A DNA stretch of 64,000 bases from assembly GCA_002269645.1 (NCBI GenBank), contig NIVC01000462.1, positions 277,516 through 341,515 of the forward strand. Direction: 5' to 3'. This stretch comes from Macrostomum lignano (taxonomy: Eukaryota). The notes under the pieces are model-generated. The model saw only the letters and a program-made list of their open reading frames with translations, did no database searches and was not told the DNA's origin. The translations under genes were made by a program, and so were the position numbers. How positions within the stretch are numbered: position 1 is the first letter of the stretch; each line of letters opens with the position of its first letter. Below are positions 1-12,842 of the stretch, piece by piece.

Positions 1-124
1 ATTGGAGTGATTACCGGGCCGCGCACTGAGTGGCAGACTTGACTGCGGCAGCGGCTGGCTGGCGAGGAGGCGCCGGGGCCTTCGATATACAGATTGTTCG
101 GCTTCACCACGGTGTAGAAGTTGT
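1..124 (-). pseudogene. Decayed PAN/apple-like exon-2 remnant of the WSC-PAN family (runs off the window edge)
   Basis: Minus strand reads NFYTVVK..., like the paralog exon-2 starts (NFYKMMK, NVYTVLK, NAYTVLK). The acceptor position reads tttcaa instead of tttcag. A frameshifted segment reads PAAAAVKSATQCAAR*, with a stop where paralogs have the second Cys of CxxxC. Confidence 0.5.
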
Positions 125-890
125 TTGAAAGAAAGCAAATTTGTTGGTCGAATGATGCATAAACATTTGGGGTTTGCCTGTGTGGAAATGAGGTTGACTT
201 GAGACTGTCGATAGGCTGTTGTAGTGACGATCAGAATAGTGATGAGAGATAATAAATAAAGAAAACACCACTAAGCCAAATAGCTTCATAGATGTCGTCA
301 TATAGTCGAACCAACCGCTTGTTTCGGCACTCTAAAAATAATTCGTTTCTACTTTTATCTTCTCTAATGTGCTTGGCAAAATCAAAAATCATATCAGGCT
401 CCCCACCACTTAAATCTCGAGTACCAAATGTTTTCGGGTGACCTAGCAACAAAATATCCCATGTCTCAAATTGTTAAAGACCATAAACGACTAAATTTAT
501 GTGGTGATAAATAATTGCGTTTTTTCTATCCTCAAAAGTACGAGTAGGAGTAATTGGAATCTTTATGTATCACAAAATACGAAGGTGAAGAATAACAACA
601 TCAAAACTTTTGAAATTCGTGCATTCGAGCGTTGGAAACTCGGAGCAATAGTACTAGTAATTTACTTGTAGAAAATTAAATACACCGCTTTTTGTAAAAA
701 GTTTTTTCCTTAAGCCTTACAAGTCCTCATGGTTCATCCTATATCCAGAAGGACTTCTGTACTTCTGTTGGCTCCAGAAGCCACAGAAGTACGCGTACGA
801 GCATCTGCAATTTTACAGACGATGTCCTGTGTGTGCTTTCTGACTTGTCAGGGGGGGATTGTCACTGACTATTGACTGGCTGACTATTAA

Positions 891-1022
891 AGGCACGTTC
901 ACACTGCCATCAAAAAACGACCAAATTTCTTGTGATTACAGAACTTGTACATCAAATTTGATTTCTTTTGTACATTGGTCGTGTGATTTGGTGGCTCGTT
1001 TGATGGCAGTGCAAATGAGCCT
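891..1022. mobile_element. PIF/Harbinger-like MITE (132 bp)
   Basis: Imperfect TIRs aggcacgttcacactgccatcaaa / tttgatggcagtgcaaatgagcct, flanked by TAA on both sides (888-890 and 1023-1025). A 3-bp TAA/TTA TSD is typical of Harbinger. Confidence 0.65.
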
Positions 1023-1289
1023 TAAGCTTTAACTCACTCTGTGCCCTGCTTAACGTGCCAAGCGTGCACCCCACTCATGCGTAAATCAATGCGTACATAA
1101 TGTACTTTTACACCAACTTTTATCAATAACTAAAATATCCTTTTATACCACTTCGTATTTAAATAATTGCATCTAGTTTTCTTCGGTGTGTTTTACTTAC
1201 TCAGCAAATATAACAGTCCGCTGTATTGCTATCGCTCCAACTGAAACAAGTCTTACCGGCGTCGCGTCACTTTCCTTGACAATGGCGCT

Positions 1290-1775
1290 CACCAAGAGAC
1301 AGGGGCACCCACCAAGAGACAGGGGCACCCACCAAGAGACAGGGGCACCCACCAAGAGACAGGGGCACCCACCAAGAGACAGGGGCACCCACCAAGAGAC
1401 AGGGGCACCCACCAAGAGACAGGGGCACCCACCAAGAGACAGGGGCACCCACCAAGAGACAGGGGCACCCACCAAGAGACAGGGGCGCCCACCAAGAGAC
1501 AGGGGCACCCACCAAGAGACAGGGGCACCCACCAAGAGACAGGGGCGCCCAACAAGAGGCAGGGGGCACCCACCAAGAGACAGGGACGCCCAACAAGAGG
1601 CAGGGGCACCCACCAAGAGACAGGGGCGCCCAACAAGAGGCAGGGGGCACCCACCAAGAGACAGGGACGCCCAAAAAGAGACAGGGGCGCCCAACAAGAG
1701 GCAGGGGCGCCCAACAAGAGGCAGGGGGCACCCACCAAGAGGCAGGGGGCACCCATGAAGAGACAGGGATGCCCA
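1290..1775. repeat. 20-bp minisatellite (CACCAAGAGACAGGGGCACC)n, about 24 units, degenerating rightwards
   Basis: Direct tandem repeats visible in the sequence; they explain the overlapping repetitive ORFs at 1186-1779. Confidence 0.97.
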
Positions 1776-1943
1776 GCAAGGGCCCCTATTCTTTGCGCCC
1801 CTGAGAGTTGCGGACCCTCAAATTAAAATTATTGCGTACGCCACTGTGTCCGGTATACTGACATAGGTTTCGTAGACACATCGACTTTTGTTCAATCGTT
1901 TTGAATACAAGTTTTCTGTAAAAAGCTATAGTGAGCAACTCAC

Positions 1944-2358
1944 TGGGCTTCAAGTAGTTCAAAGCGAACACCGAGTTTCGATAAGGAGCTCCACAATTTT
2001 GCAGCGCGTTGCCAGTGCACGGACTGTTGCAGTCGCTCGGGTCTCCAGAGCCCTGTGACCCGAAGGAGTTGCCGCAGAAGCACTGGTCGCCATCCTGCAC
2101 GCCGAAGTACAGAAACTTTCCCAGTGAGCAGGCGCGGCTGCACAGCTCGAGCGACATGCTGCTGCTGCTGTGTATTAAACAGCTTGCTGCATCCATGGAA
2201 AATGGACCCAGCCGGATGAATCCTGCAACTCCTGTCATGTCTCTGGCATTATCCATGTAGTCCACGTAGCAGCCCTCGTAGGTGCAACTGACCAACCTGC
2301 AGGTCGCGCAGGTCAGCAGAACGTGAAGAAAAATTTATACTTTCAAAGCGAATGACAT
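1944..2358 (-). pseudogene. WSC-PAN family copy A, exon 1 (signal peptide + WSC) with a premature stop
   Basis: ATG at 2358 reads MSFALKV*IFLHVLLTCATCR..., with an in-frame TAA at 2335-2337. The WSC motif GCYVD..RD..M.LELCSRAC..YFGVQ.GDQCFCG..C..C..CG is intact, and there is a phase-1 GTGAGT donor after 1944. No intact exon 2 nearby. Confidence 0.8.
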
Positions 2359-2935
2359 GTTGCTGGAATTGAAAGGTTTTGTTTTTTTCGCTTCTAAAAT
2401 TCAGTTTACACTAGGTAAGTAGACTGGGACCATGTAGTTTTATTTGTGTTGAATGGACTCTGTAACAGCCAATGAGATTGTTCATGATTCATTCATATGC
2501 TTGCCACTGAAATATTCTCACGACCAACACATTTTCAAACACGGCCAATGCAACCCGATAGTCCTACATGCTAAAAATGACATTTTAGAAAACATTCAAG
2601 CCAATATTCTACGTTGCAGATGCAGAGGAAAATATCGTGCTTCGCAAAATTTATTGGACTCGGCTTAGCTTCTTTTGTTTATATTGAGATCGGTTGTCCA
2701 ACATTGGATTGGATCGGATTGGATTGCTCAAGTTTGAGTGTTTTATGAGCTACATTTTAATCAATCGCACTAACTATCACGGGACTTAGGCAATCTAACA
2801 GGACTAGTAACTGCAGGGATAGCTACTCATATTTTTTTATGTTTCCAAAGTAAAAATCTCAAGTTATTTATCGTTCATTGTTCTTCTTCTCCATGCCGAC
2901 ACCCTCTTGTCGCAAGAGTCAAGCCCGTTTCGCGC

Positions 2936-3682
2936 TCAGCCACGCTGGTAGAGAGTCCAGTCGGGTCCGGTCAGGCTGGCTGGTGGGTAGGCGAACGTCA
3001 GCAGGTGGCAGGCGAGCAGCCGCTTGGAGAACACGGCGGCCTGGCAGTCGGCTCTGGCGCTGCAATGGAGCAGGCAGTCAGCGTCGGATCGGGCAGCGGC
3101 CGGCCAGGACGAGGTCTTGGAGCTGTCGGTCTTGACGAAGAGGCTGTTGTCCTTCTCAACCAGGTAGTAACGGTCTGAAATAGAGATTTTTTAAACAAGT
3201 TTAGTGCCACATTTTCTTCATCCTGTTTTTTGCATGAGAAATTAGTTCTGACCATGGATTAATATCGCCCGTCACTCACAGGGGTAGCTAAGAGCGAACA
3301 CCGAGTTTCGAAATGGACCTCCGCATATTTGCTGCGAGTTCCCACTGCACTGTCTGTTGCAGTCGCTCTCATTGCCTTTGCCCTGCGATCCGATTGAGTT
3401 GCCGCAGAAGCACTCGACACCAACCTGCACCCCGAAGTACGAGAATCCGCCCAGAGAGCAGGCGCTGCTGCACAGCTCGAGAGTCATGCTTGCTCTTATG
3501 GAAGGGTCGTGTGACCGAATCTCAAACGGACCCAGCTGGGTGACTCCAGTCAGTCCGTCCAAGTCTCTGGCCTTGCCCGTGTAGTCCACGTAGCAACCCA
3601 CGTACGAGTAATTGACAAACCTGCAGGTCGCGCAGGTAACCAGAGCGCCGAGTAAAATCGAAATTTGCGATAGCTGCTCCAT
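2936..3682 (-). CDS. Secreted WSC + PAN/apple-like protein, copy B (213 aa; exons 3280-3682 and 2936-3174)
   Basis: Hydrophobic N-terminus MEQLSQISILLGALVTCATC and an 8-Cys WSC domain. Phase-1 intron gtgagt...tttcag (105 nt). Exon 2 reads RYYLVEKD...WPAAARSDADCLLHCSARADCQAAVFSKRLLACHLL...WTLYQRG*. The spliced frame is open. Confidence 0.85.
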
Positions 3683-3730
3683 GCTGCTTTAGGCTTTGCT
3701 TTTTTTGTTTCTGCTTATCGCATAATGGGG

Positions 3731-3776
3731 TTTATAGCCTAGGATGAAACTAAACCTATAAACCCCGTCATCCAAT
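3731..3776 (-). promoter_or_regulatory. TATAAA box plus inverted CCAAT upstream of WSC-PAN copy B
   Basis: TATAAA on the minus strand at 3731-3736, about 50 bp upstream of the ATG; CCAAT at 3772-3776. The same arrangement is found upstream of copies C, D, H, J, K and L. Confidence 0.5.
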
Positions 3777-6068
3777 CACATCGGCCGTGTGATTTAGCAA
3801 GTTTTATCCTGGACGAATCCGATACAAACGCACAGCAGTTAATTCGAATACTGTAACAGTTATGCTACTATGCAAATGCGCATACGCAACGGACTTCCAT
3901 TGCGACAATAATAGTTCTCAAACTATTATGGTGAGTCACTCATTTTCCGATGCTATCCAAACCATGTTTGCAATGCTCTACTGAGTTTCTCGCTGCCTTC
4001 GAGACACTGTAGTATTTTCAATGAGCTTTAGCTCAATGAGCTTCAATGAGCTTCAATGCGCGTGAGCGGGCAGACGGCCCGGTGCAATGCAAGGAGTGCC
4101 CATCACTCTTCAGAGGGTTGACGAAATCTTCGTGATGTTTAGATTCAGACCTGCCGATATTAGCAGGCATGTCTGTCAGTGCTTCACTTTCGCCCCATGA
4201 TTTACCAAAGCTAAGCGAAGGCTGCTGCAGCATATCGACTGCATGGCATGGATAGGAATGTTGGGGTGGATCGGAGCTGCTGTGTTGAAGTGGCAGCTTT
4301 TGAGTCTCTCCAAACCATGGACCGTTTGTCCATCCGACTGGGCAGCTCTTTTGCAAAAACAACCTAGTTGAGCGTCTTTCCTTTGTTTCTATCTCATTTT
4401 GATTGAATCCTGATTTATTCTCAAGCCCGCTTCCGAATCTCTGAATCCCTGGGCTAAGCGGTGCGGTACTTTGCGGCGGGTTTTTGCTGGCCTTCTCCTG
4501 GTTGCCAGTGCTCACAAATCCCGCAATCTGATGCGCCAGGACGCACACCAAACAACTTTCGTTTGCTTCCGAACAAACAGATTCTGTCTTCCTTTTTCGT
4601 TATTTCTCTCGATTCTTCTTCCTATTTGCTAAAGTCAGCTTTTTGTGTGAAAGCCCAAAGTTGTAATTGGAAAATTCGGATCACTTCAACGTATCGGGCA
4701 TTGTTCAGGCTGGGCAAGTGTGGACTTTTTAGCCGGTATGCAAATTCAGTATGCAGCTAAGATTTCACGCAGCCATTCGCTCATGAAACTAAATTTTCTA
4801 ATTGTTGACGCCAATATCGGGTTCAAGTGTTCTGTAATGAGGTTATGTTGTCATAGTAACAATGGCTTCTGAACCACGACTATTCTTGTTAGCTACGCTT
4901 CTGATTGATATTTAATTCTGCCTCTCTCTTACGAGTCGTAAACTAAGCAAAGTCCTTGCCTGCGTCTGTACCGCACTCGTTTCAGAAATATTTTTTTCCT
5001 TTCTCAACTTCATACATTCCCGTGTCTTAAGCTCTACTGAGCAAATATTCATTAAAAGAAAAGTTTCCCGGGTAGACACACCTGTGGTGGGATACATATC
5101 CTGAGAAATTCGGAGACATCCATAGCTAATACTCGTAGTGCATTTTCACACTATCCAGCTGGTGTGTTACTGAAGCGATAATGCTCGGGTTTATCCCACA
5201 GAATCCAACGGTCTCCTGGCATAAATCCTATATATTGCAGTTTACTGTCAGGCAGACACTGCTATTAAATATCTGATGGCTCATTAAGCTTTAAGTGAGA
5301 GGCAGAGCCGGCATCAATAACTTTTTACTGCATCCCAGTCGGTTCTAGTCAAGGCTTTGCCTTCTTTTTTCTTTCTTTTTCTGTTTCTTTTGTGCTTCCA
5401 CCGCTGCTGCGGATATTTTCCATTAATTTGAATTTTCTCGAAAAGCTTCGAACCTGCTGTTCAAATTCTCAGGCAGTTCTGACTGGTAATGTGACAGCCA
5501 CACAGCTTCCAATGTTGCCTCATTCAAGCTGGTAAACCGCAAATCTTTCTGATCTGCATTGAACTTCCTGAAGTGGCCTGAGCTGCTCTGAGTCTATCGA
5601 AAGGAGATTTCTTTATCATACTGCAGAAGCAATGGCAGCTTTAACTTCTCTGTCAGATCATCCCACTGCCATCAAAATTGTCATCGCATCAATCAGTTAC
5701 GGATTAGAAGTTAAAGGGCGAAATCATAAAAAAACTTAGAACTTATTTTGATGTGCTTCAATGCCCACATTTGAACGACTTCCAGAGCTCAAAGAAATCT
5801 CTGCTGATAATCCCATTCAGCAACGTGAACCTTTGCGCATGTATTCTCGGATCGAAGCTAAAATTGCTGAAAAAGACAGATTTCATTGCCATTTCTCAGT
5901 GGTATTATTTCTTAATGCCAAAAACAATTATCTCTTGACAACTTTCCCAAACTTTTTATTGATTGACAAGCGGAACTGATCGGAACAGACTGCAAAGTTT
6001 AGAACCGCCACAAAACTTCACAGTTTCAGACTGATTTTGCCAGAATGTTTCGTCAAGTGCTTTGTAAC

Positions 6069-6790
6069 TCAGCCGCGCTGGTAGAGAGTCCAGTCGGGTC
6101 CGGTCAGGCTGGCTGGCGGGTGGGCGAACGCCAGCAGGCGGCAGGCGAGCAGCCGCTTGGAGAAAACGGCGGCTAGGCAGTCGGCTGTGGCGCTGCACCG
6201 GGCCAGGCAGTCCATGACGGATGGGGCAGCGGCCGGCCAGGACGAGGTCTTGCTGGTCTCCACAGTGAGGATCGAGTGCTTGATCATCTTGTAAAAGTTT
6301 TTGTCTGAAACAGATTGTGGTTGAGATGTGTTTCAGAAAGGACCACCTGTACATAACCCTGAAAGTCAATCGTCGCAAGAACAAAAGCTACTCACTCGGG
6401 TAGGTCAGAGCGAACACCGAGTTTCGCCATGGAGCTCCGCAGATCTGCAAAGAGTTTCCTCTGCACTTTGTCGCTTTCGTTGGCTTTGCCCTGAGATCCG
6501 AAGGAGTTGCTGCAGAGGCACGCTTTTCCAACCTGCACCCCAAAGTAGGCGAAGCCGCCAAGTGAGCACACACTGCTGCAGAGCTCGTGCGACATTTCGG
6601 TCGTGTTTATCCACTTTCTGGAGGTGATTTCGTACTCGCCAATCCTTGTGACACCGCTTAGCCCGTTCAAGTCTCTGACTCCACCATTTAAATCCACGTA
6701 GCAACCAACATAGGAGAAGCGGACGACCCTGCATGCAGCGCAGGTCAGGAGAGCGCAGATAAAAACTGGCAGTTTCGGCACCCGAAGCAT
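6069..6790 (-). pseudogene. WSC-PAN copy C, frameshifted (exons 6396-6790 and 6069-6304)
   Basis: Near-identical to copy H, but H's 12 nt tgcagcacacag are replaced by 4 nt aaag at about 6458-6461 (net -8). This removes a WSC Cys and shifts the frame. Splice sites and exon 2 are intact. Confidence 0.8.
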
Positions 6791-8431
6791 CTTTCAGCTG
6801 CTCAACTGCAAGCTACTCGGCTGGAGCGCACTAGTTCCAGCTTTTATAGTTGAACAGCTGTACGGCCGCAGAGAATTGTTTCGCTCGCCCAATGGCATCG
6901 CAGCTTCCATTTAATCTGGCTTAGATTAGTCATCTGAATTTTCTGCAAACCGATCGGGCCAACATATGTTTTTGAATTTGCAAATCTTCGTTATTTCAGG
7001 TGTTTTCAGATATTTCCAATGGAGTTAAACGTGTTGCAACAGTGAGTAATAGTGATTAGTGTGTACTTGAGCTAATGGAACTTTAGTAAGCATGTCTAGC
7101 ACCGCACTGTCGATATTTTGAATGTAATTAGATTTCTCTTGTTAAGTAAGAGTAGTTCAGTCTCATTCGACTCTGTTACTTTTAAGACAATCAAATAAGA
7201 TTCTCCTAATACAATATTGGTACTGCGCGACAAAAATGTTGAACAAATCTGGATTATTGATTTAAGGTATGCTGACTTACTTGATTCAGCTGCAGAGCTG
7301 TCCCGGAGGGGACACAGCGGAAAGGCGCGGACCCCCATTCCGCTAATCCCTGAACAACCGACGCGTCGCTATGGGCAAAGGGTTGGCGCCTCCCGGGGTG
7401 GTCCCCCAGTTTTGCCAGCTGTTTTTTCCATAGTCGGCTCGAAGGCCATGAAAAAGATTTGTGGGCTACCCCCGAAGGGTCGTGGTACCCACCCGGCCGC
7501 TCCATTTGACCGGGAAGTAGGGCCAAAAAAACCCTGAAGGCTGGCCCGATAGAATAAGGGGGACCGCTAGTGACCGGTAAACTCCCCAGCCTTTCAGCCC
7601 ATCTGTACGGTCGAACACCTTAGGTGTTAGAGGGTACGTCAAGCAGTACCACCGGGGACTAGAATCCAGCCGATACGATGCGAAACAATTTCAGCGTAAT
7701 AGAAACAAGTAGCTATTAAAGCATTTGGCCTTATTGTACAATCGCGACATGTATGTGCTGTTATTACGAGCTACTATTGCAATGTCACTCCGGTAGTCCA
7801 AAGGGTGAAAAGTTTGATGCTTAAATTCAACACAAAATCATTTCAGCTAGCAGCATTCCAGCTTATTCTGAGTGACCTGAATCGAAAGATTTATCAATGC
7901 TTGTCAGTTCCGTTCACCTGAACTAACTTAACGAAAAGTTCTGGCGATTGGCAATAGTTATCGTTAGAAACTCGACACAAAGAAGCGCACGTGTAAGGGG
8001 CACATCCATCATGGGGCTAATGCCGAGGTGTTGCATGACAGCAGCCCATTCAAGAGTTACGATGAGGTCATGCAGTCTTTAGGTTGGAGCCACAAACAAG
8101 CTTGCATCTGCATCTCATATTCAAGTCGCATGTCAACAGACGCTTGCTTCACCAACGAGCGTATTGTCTTAAACAACAATGGAGGGCTGAAAACATTGAC
8201 CGAAATGATGGAGAGGTTTTCTAGTCTCCGTTTTCGAAGATATTTTTAAGAACTTCATCCAAGTTAAAGTAAAAACTGTGGAAATTTTCGAAACCTACTG
8301 ACTCGTCCCCGTCCCCGCGAGTATTCAAGGCAGACCCTAGGGCTGCTGGACTGAACTGGGCTCCGACGCTGGCTACCCATCCAGTGGTTTTTGCCGAACT
8401 TGGGTATGCGGGTCTGGCTCAAACCTGGACC

Positions 8432-8770
8432 AGGGGAGCAAGGGATTTGCAGTTCCCCGGATAAACTGGAAAGAAGCATGGCACCCTTATGCCAGATGTT
8501 TGGTGCGATTTCACAGCAGTTTTTGGCACCACTGTCCCCAGTTTTAGCATTTACCAAACAAATACTTCTGATTTTGCGCTGACGGGCCTCTCGGTGTCGG
8601 TCCTCTTTGTTTTCAGCACTCTTTGTTTTCAGCCCTCTTTGTTGTTGGGGCCCCTGTAGCTAGCGTGCCTTGATGCTGGCACCCCTTGCCTTAGAAGGTG
8701 CTTCAATGATAGCGTCCCCGAGGTGGCGCCTCTAGTATTGGCCCCATAATATCCTCATGACGCGCCCCCA
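8432..8770. repeat. Dispersed repeat, copy 1 (inverted relative to 11845-12122)
   Basis: Shares ggggagcaagg..ttgcagt, agaagc.tggca, gcaccactgt..cca.ttttagcat and ctctcggtgtcgg..ctttgttttcagc with the reverse complement of 11845-12122. Confidence 0.7.
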
Positions 8771-10374
8771 TGCTGTCTACCATCTATTCAAGTAGCCCTA
8801 TTGATTAATCAAAATTTTGATACATTTCACTCTTTAGAGATTCAATAGCATACAGTATCTAGCTGAGTGGGATTCGTACATTCAACGCTAGTGCTGCAAT
8901 TTAAACATAAGGGACGTGGTTAGTACTCCGTAAAATAGGCTTGTGTCACATGGCGCACCGAAGGCACCGGATTTACAGCCATCCTGGGGCTGTTGGACGC
9001 CTGTATGCGGCATTATCCACACAAGAGTTTCATCAAAGTCGGTCTTTGGAAGCTGCGTATCCGCTCACACAAGGCCGACCCACCACATCTCAATGGGTCG
9101 GGTGGGACACGGAAGCGGCAGGGGCAGAGACTGGAGCGGTACGGCAGAGCGTAGGCGACCTCCGCGACCTCGGAGGTGAACATTGCAGGATCAGCACATT
9201 CTCATAGTGCTCTTTTTATGATAACCCGTTCTCTGTAGCACTCAGACTGTGAATCGGATTCGAGTTCAATTTCTAGCTGCAATTTGTTGCCCTATATTAT
9301 CAGAGCAGGTTAGGGTTACCACTCGCTCCCTGTGACTTGACTTAGCTGCAGGGGCATCGACCAGGGTTGAGTTTTTCTGCGAAACCCGGCTTTGCGCGGC
9401 CGGCCAATCAGAACCGGCCTGGACCCTGGCACGCGGCAAAATCCAAGTCTACCCGGCGCCGCGGGCACAGTGCAATTCAGCTTAGCGAGCGGCCGGCCAG
9501 ACGACCACTACCCGGCTTGGGGGGGGGGGGGTTGTGAGGGGTTTGACAGTGACTATATATGAAAGTGTGTTTGGCAATCGGATCTCACTTCTTTTTCCCT
9601 GCTCGTCCCGGCTTTGGTTTTGTTCAACTTCCCGGCCGCTTTGCCCTATTTTTGTGGTTCGCGCTTTGAGGCGCCTGAGTTCGTCACCCCGGTCCGTGTT
9701 TTGCTCCCTGCCCGACCGCTTCAGTCTTGTAGCGTAACGTCTACGGCAAATTTCTGTCTGAGGTCGTCGCTATCAAGCGCGGTTAGATAGAGATTGTCGG
9801 ATTGACCAAGTACGTGGCCTCGATCCTGAGGGCCTCAGTGTCACACTGAAGGGCAGTACTGATAGAACTTAGTCAGTGCTCCGTTGAACGGTCAATTCGG
9901 CAGGGCTCTCGTTTGAGTGTAGGTTCTGGTTTAGGCCAGGGGTTAGGAGTCTTCTCCGTGGTCGTGTTCGGTTCCTCTTCTTCTTCAGCTGAGATCCGCT
10001 TGCCAGTTGCGTAATTGATTTATTATTACGAGTATTAATCGTTGTATCCTTATTATCATCAGTTCGAATTATCTGCACCGCGAATTACGTTAAGAATCTT
10101 GTAACTTTATTAATCAAATTAAACCGTCAATCAAATTTAGCCCCTCTTGAACTAGGATTATCACTCTCTAAATCTATTCGAATCGTGTTCACCTGTGTTC
10201 TTCCTTTTCTTGTACCGTACTGCGACAATTGGAGAAAGATTGGTAGAACTCGCCGACCGGCGATAGGCAATTAGGGCCAATAGTTTTAAAATCTCCGAAC
10301 GCTCCAAGTAGGTTTGTCTAGGGCCTAAATAATTGCTTACCGTGCATGCTATTTATCTAATTGCCTTTATAACA

Positions 10375-11690
10375 TGGTTGTAGTTTCTACATAGATCTGG
10401 TTGTAGGTTCTACATAAATCTGGTTGTAGGTTCTACATAGATCTGGTTGTAGGTTCTACATAGGTCTGGTTGCAGGTTCTACATAGATCTGGTTGTAGGT
10501 TCTACATAGGTCTGGTTGTAGGGTCTACATAGGTTATGTAGGTTCTGCATAGGTCTGGTTGTAGGTTCTACATAGGTCTGGTTGTAGGTTCTACATAGGT
10601 CTTGTTGTAGGTTCTACATAGACCTGGTTCTAGGTTCTACATAGGTCTGGTTGTAGGTTCTACATAGGTTATGTAGGTTCTGCATAGATCTGGTTGTAGG
10701 TTCTACATAGGTCTGGTTGTAGGTTCTACATAGGTCTGGTTGTAGGTTCTACATAGGTCTGGTTGTAGGTTCTACATAGGTCTGGTTGTAGGTTCTGCAT
10801 AGATCTGGTTGTAGGTTCTACATAGGTCTGGTTGTAGGTTCTACATAGGTCTGGTTGTAGGTTCTACATAGGTCTTGTTGTAGGTTCTACATAGACCGGG
10901 TTCTAGGTTCTACATAGGTCTGGTTGTAGGTTCTACATAGGTTATGTAGGTTCTGCATAGATCTGGTTGTAGGTTCTACATAGGTCTGGTTGTAGGTTCT
11001 ACATAGGTCTGGTTGTAGGTTCTACATAGGTCTGGTTGTAGGTTCTACATAGGTCTGGTTGTAGGTTCTACATAGGTCTTGTTGTAGGTTCTACATAGGT
11101 CTGGTTGTAGGTTCTACATAGGTCTGGTTGTAGGTTCTACATAGGTCTGGTTGTAGGTTCTACATAGATCTGGTTGTAGGTTCTACATAGGTCTGGTTGT
11201 AGGTTCTACATAGGTCTGGTTGTAGGTTCTACATAGGTCTGGTTGTAGGTTCTGCATAGATCTGGTTGTAGGTTCTACATAGGTCTGGTTGTAGGTTCTA
11301 CATAGATCTGGTTGTAGGTTCTACATAGGTCTTGTTGTAGGTTCTACATAGGTCTGGTTGTAGGTTCTACATAGGTCTGGTTGTAGGTTCTACATAGGTC
11401 TGGTTGTAGGTTCTACATAGGTCTGGTTGTAGGTTCTACATAGGTCTGGTTGTAGGTTCTACATAGGTCTTGTTGTAGGTTCTACATAGGTCTGGTTGTA
11501 GATTCTACATAGGTCTGGTTGTAGGTTCTACATAGGTCTGGTTGTAGGTTCTACATAGGTCTGGTTGTAGGTTCTACATAGGTCTGGTTGTAGGTTCTAC
11601 ATAGGTCTGGTTGTAGGTTCTACATATGTCTGGTTGTAGGTTCTACATAGGTCTGGTTGTAGGTTCTACATAGGTCTGGTTGTAGGTTCT
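10375..11690. repeat. 23-bp minisatellite (GGTCTGGTTGTAGGTTCTACATA)n, about 57 units
   Basis: Direct tandem repeats. Recurring variant units (ggttatgtaggttctgcatagat; gacc.ggttctagg) suggest a higher-order duplication of about 270 bp. Confidence 0.97.
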
Positions 11691-11844
11691 AGATCCAAAA
11701 CGAGATACTACTCAGAATCGCAGTTCTTTGTTGCATTTTGCCAGAAAAGAGTGAGGGCTGCAATGTAACGCTCGTAGATTCTTAGTTCTGAACCCGTCGT
11801 TTTTTATTTTTTTTACTTCTTGTCACTCAGAATCTGAACTCGCG

Positions 11845-12122
11845 CCAGCGCCATAAATAGAGGCGCCAACAACATGGGCGCCAGAGCTAGGGTGTCAGTA
11901 TTAGAGGCGTCTACAACAGGGACGCCCGTAACAGGGGTGCCAAAGAGCGCTGAAAACAAAGGGCGCCGACACCGAGAGACGCATCAGCAGCGGTAGATCG
12001 AAAGCCAAATATTTGTTGTGTATATGCTAAAATTGAGAACAGTGGTGCTGTACCAAAATATCCGAAAAAAGGATGCCAAGCTTCTTTTCAGCTTATTGGA
12101 GACTGCAACCTCCTTGCTCCCC
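11845..12122. repeat. Dispersed repeat, copy 2 (inverted relative to 8432-8770)
   Basis: Reverse-complement similarity to 8432-8770; rich in ggcgcc motifs. Confidence 0.7.
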
Positions 12123-12842
12123 GTCTATGCCTCTGGTGGATACCGGTAGATAGCATATATGTTACTATAGTCGCCCATGAGTAATTAATGTTTCGACTTT
12201 AGCAGCAGAAAGTTTGTCACTACTCGTAGTAACATCACCGATCCCAGCACAAATTTAAACATTTTATCAAAACATAGTACCATAATTTCTGATGATGTGA
12301 TTCTGTGACCTCGAAATCAAGTAAATAATGGTTCTCATGTTCTCATGCAGTATAAAATAATCAGTCAATCATTATATTAATGTATGAGAATTCAACGCTC
12401 GTCATTTACTTTCGAACAGTTCTCAGGGACTATGCGCTAACTATATGTAAGCATTCACCAATTAACGTATGCAAGTAGTACCCTATACTCTATCCTATAC
12501 TTATGGTGTACCAGACAGAGCGACCGGAAGTGGTGCTTGAGTGTGATGAAGGTGTTGGATATCTGCTTTGTTGGAACGCCAGTTTTTGTAGCTCCTATCA
12601 TTTAATCCCTCAAAGTTTAACTGTAACAGGGTACAGTTTGTCAAGTGCAAGGATAGGCAAGGCACGGGTGCGAGGGCTCATGACTTCAGCGAGGCAACTG
12701 AGCGCACAGGCTGACGTATTTAAGAGTGGCTACGGCACGGCTTTCGCTCACTCCCTGAGGGAGTAATTGCCCTAGGCCACAAATACTGGTTATGCTGTTA
12801 GCTCGGTTACCTGGAACTTTCTTCTATAATGCGTCACTACCA

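Noticed and set aside
1186-1779. Repetitive ORFs (190, 166, 170 and 155 aa) as real proteins
   Set aside because: Fully explained by the 20-bp minisatellite lacking stops in several frames.
5430-5690. hAT transposase dimerisation-domain remnant on the minus strand (..KDLRFTSLNEATLEAVW..)
   Set aside because: Weak similarity, in-frame stops, and no TIRs identified.
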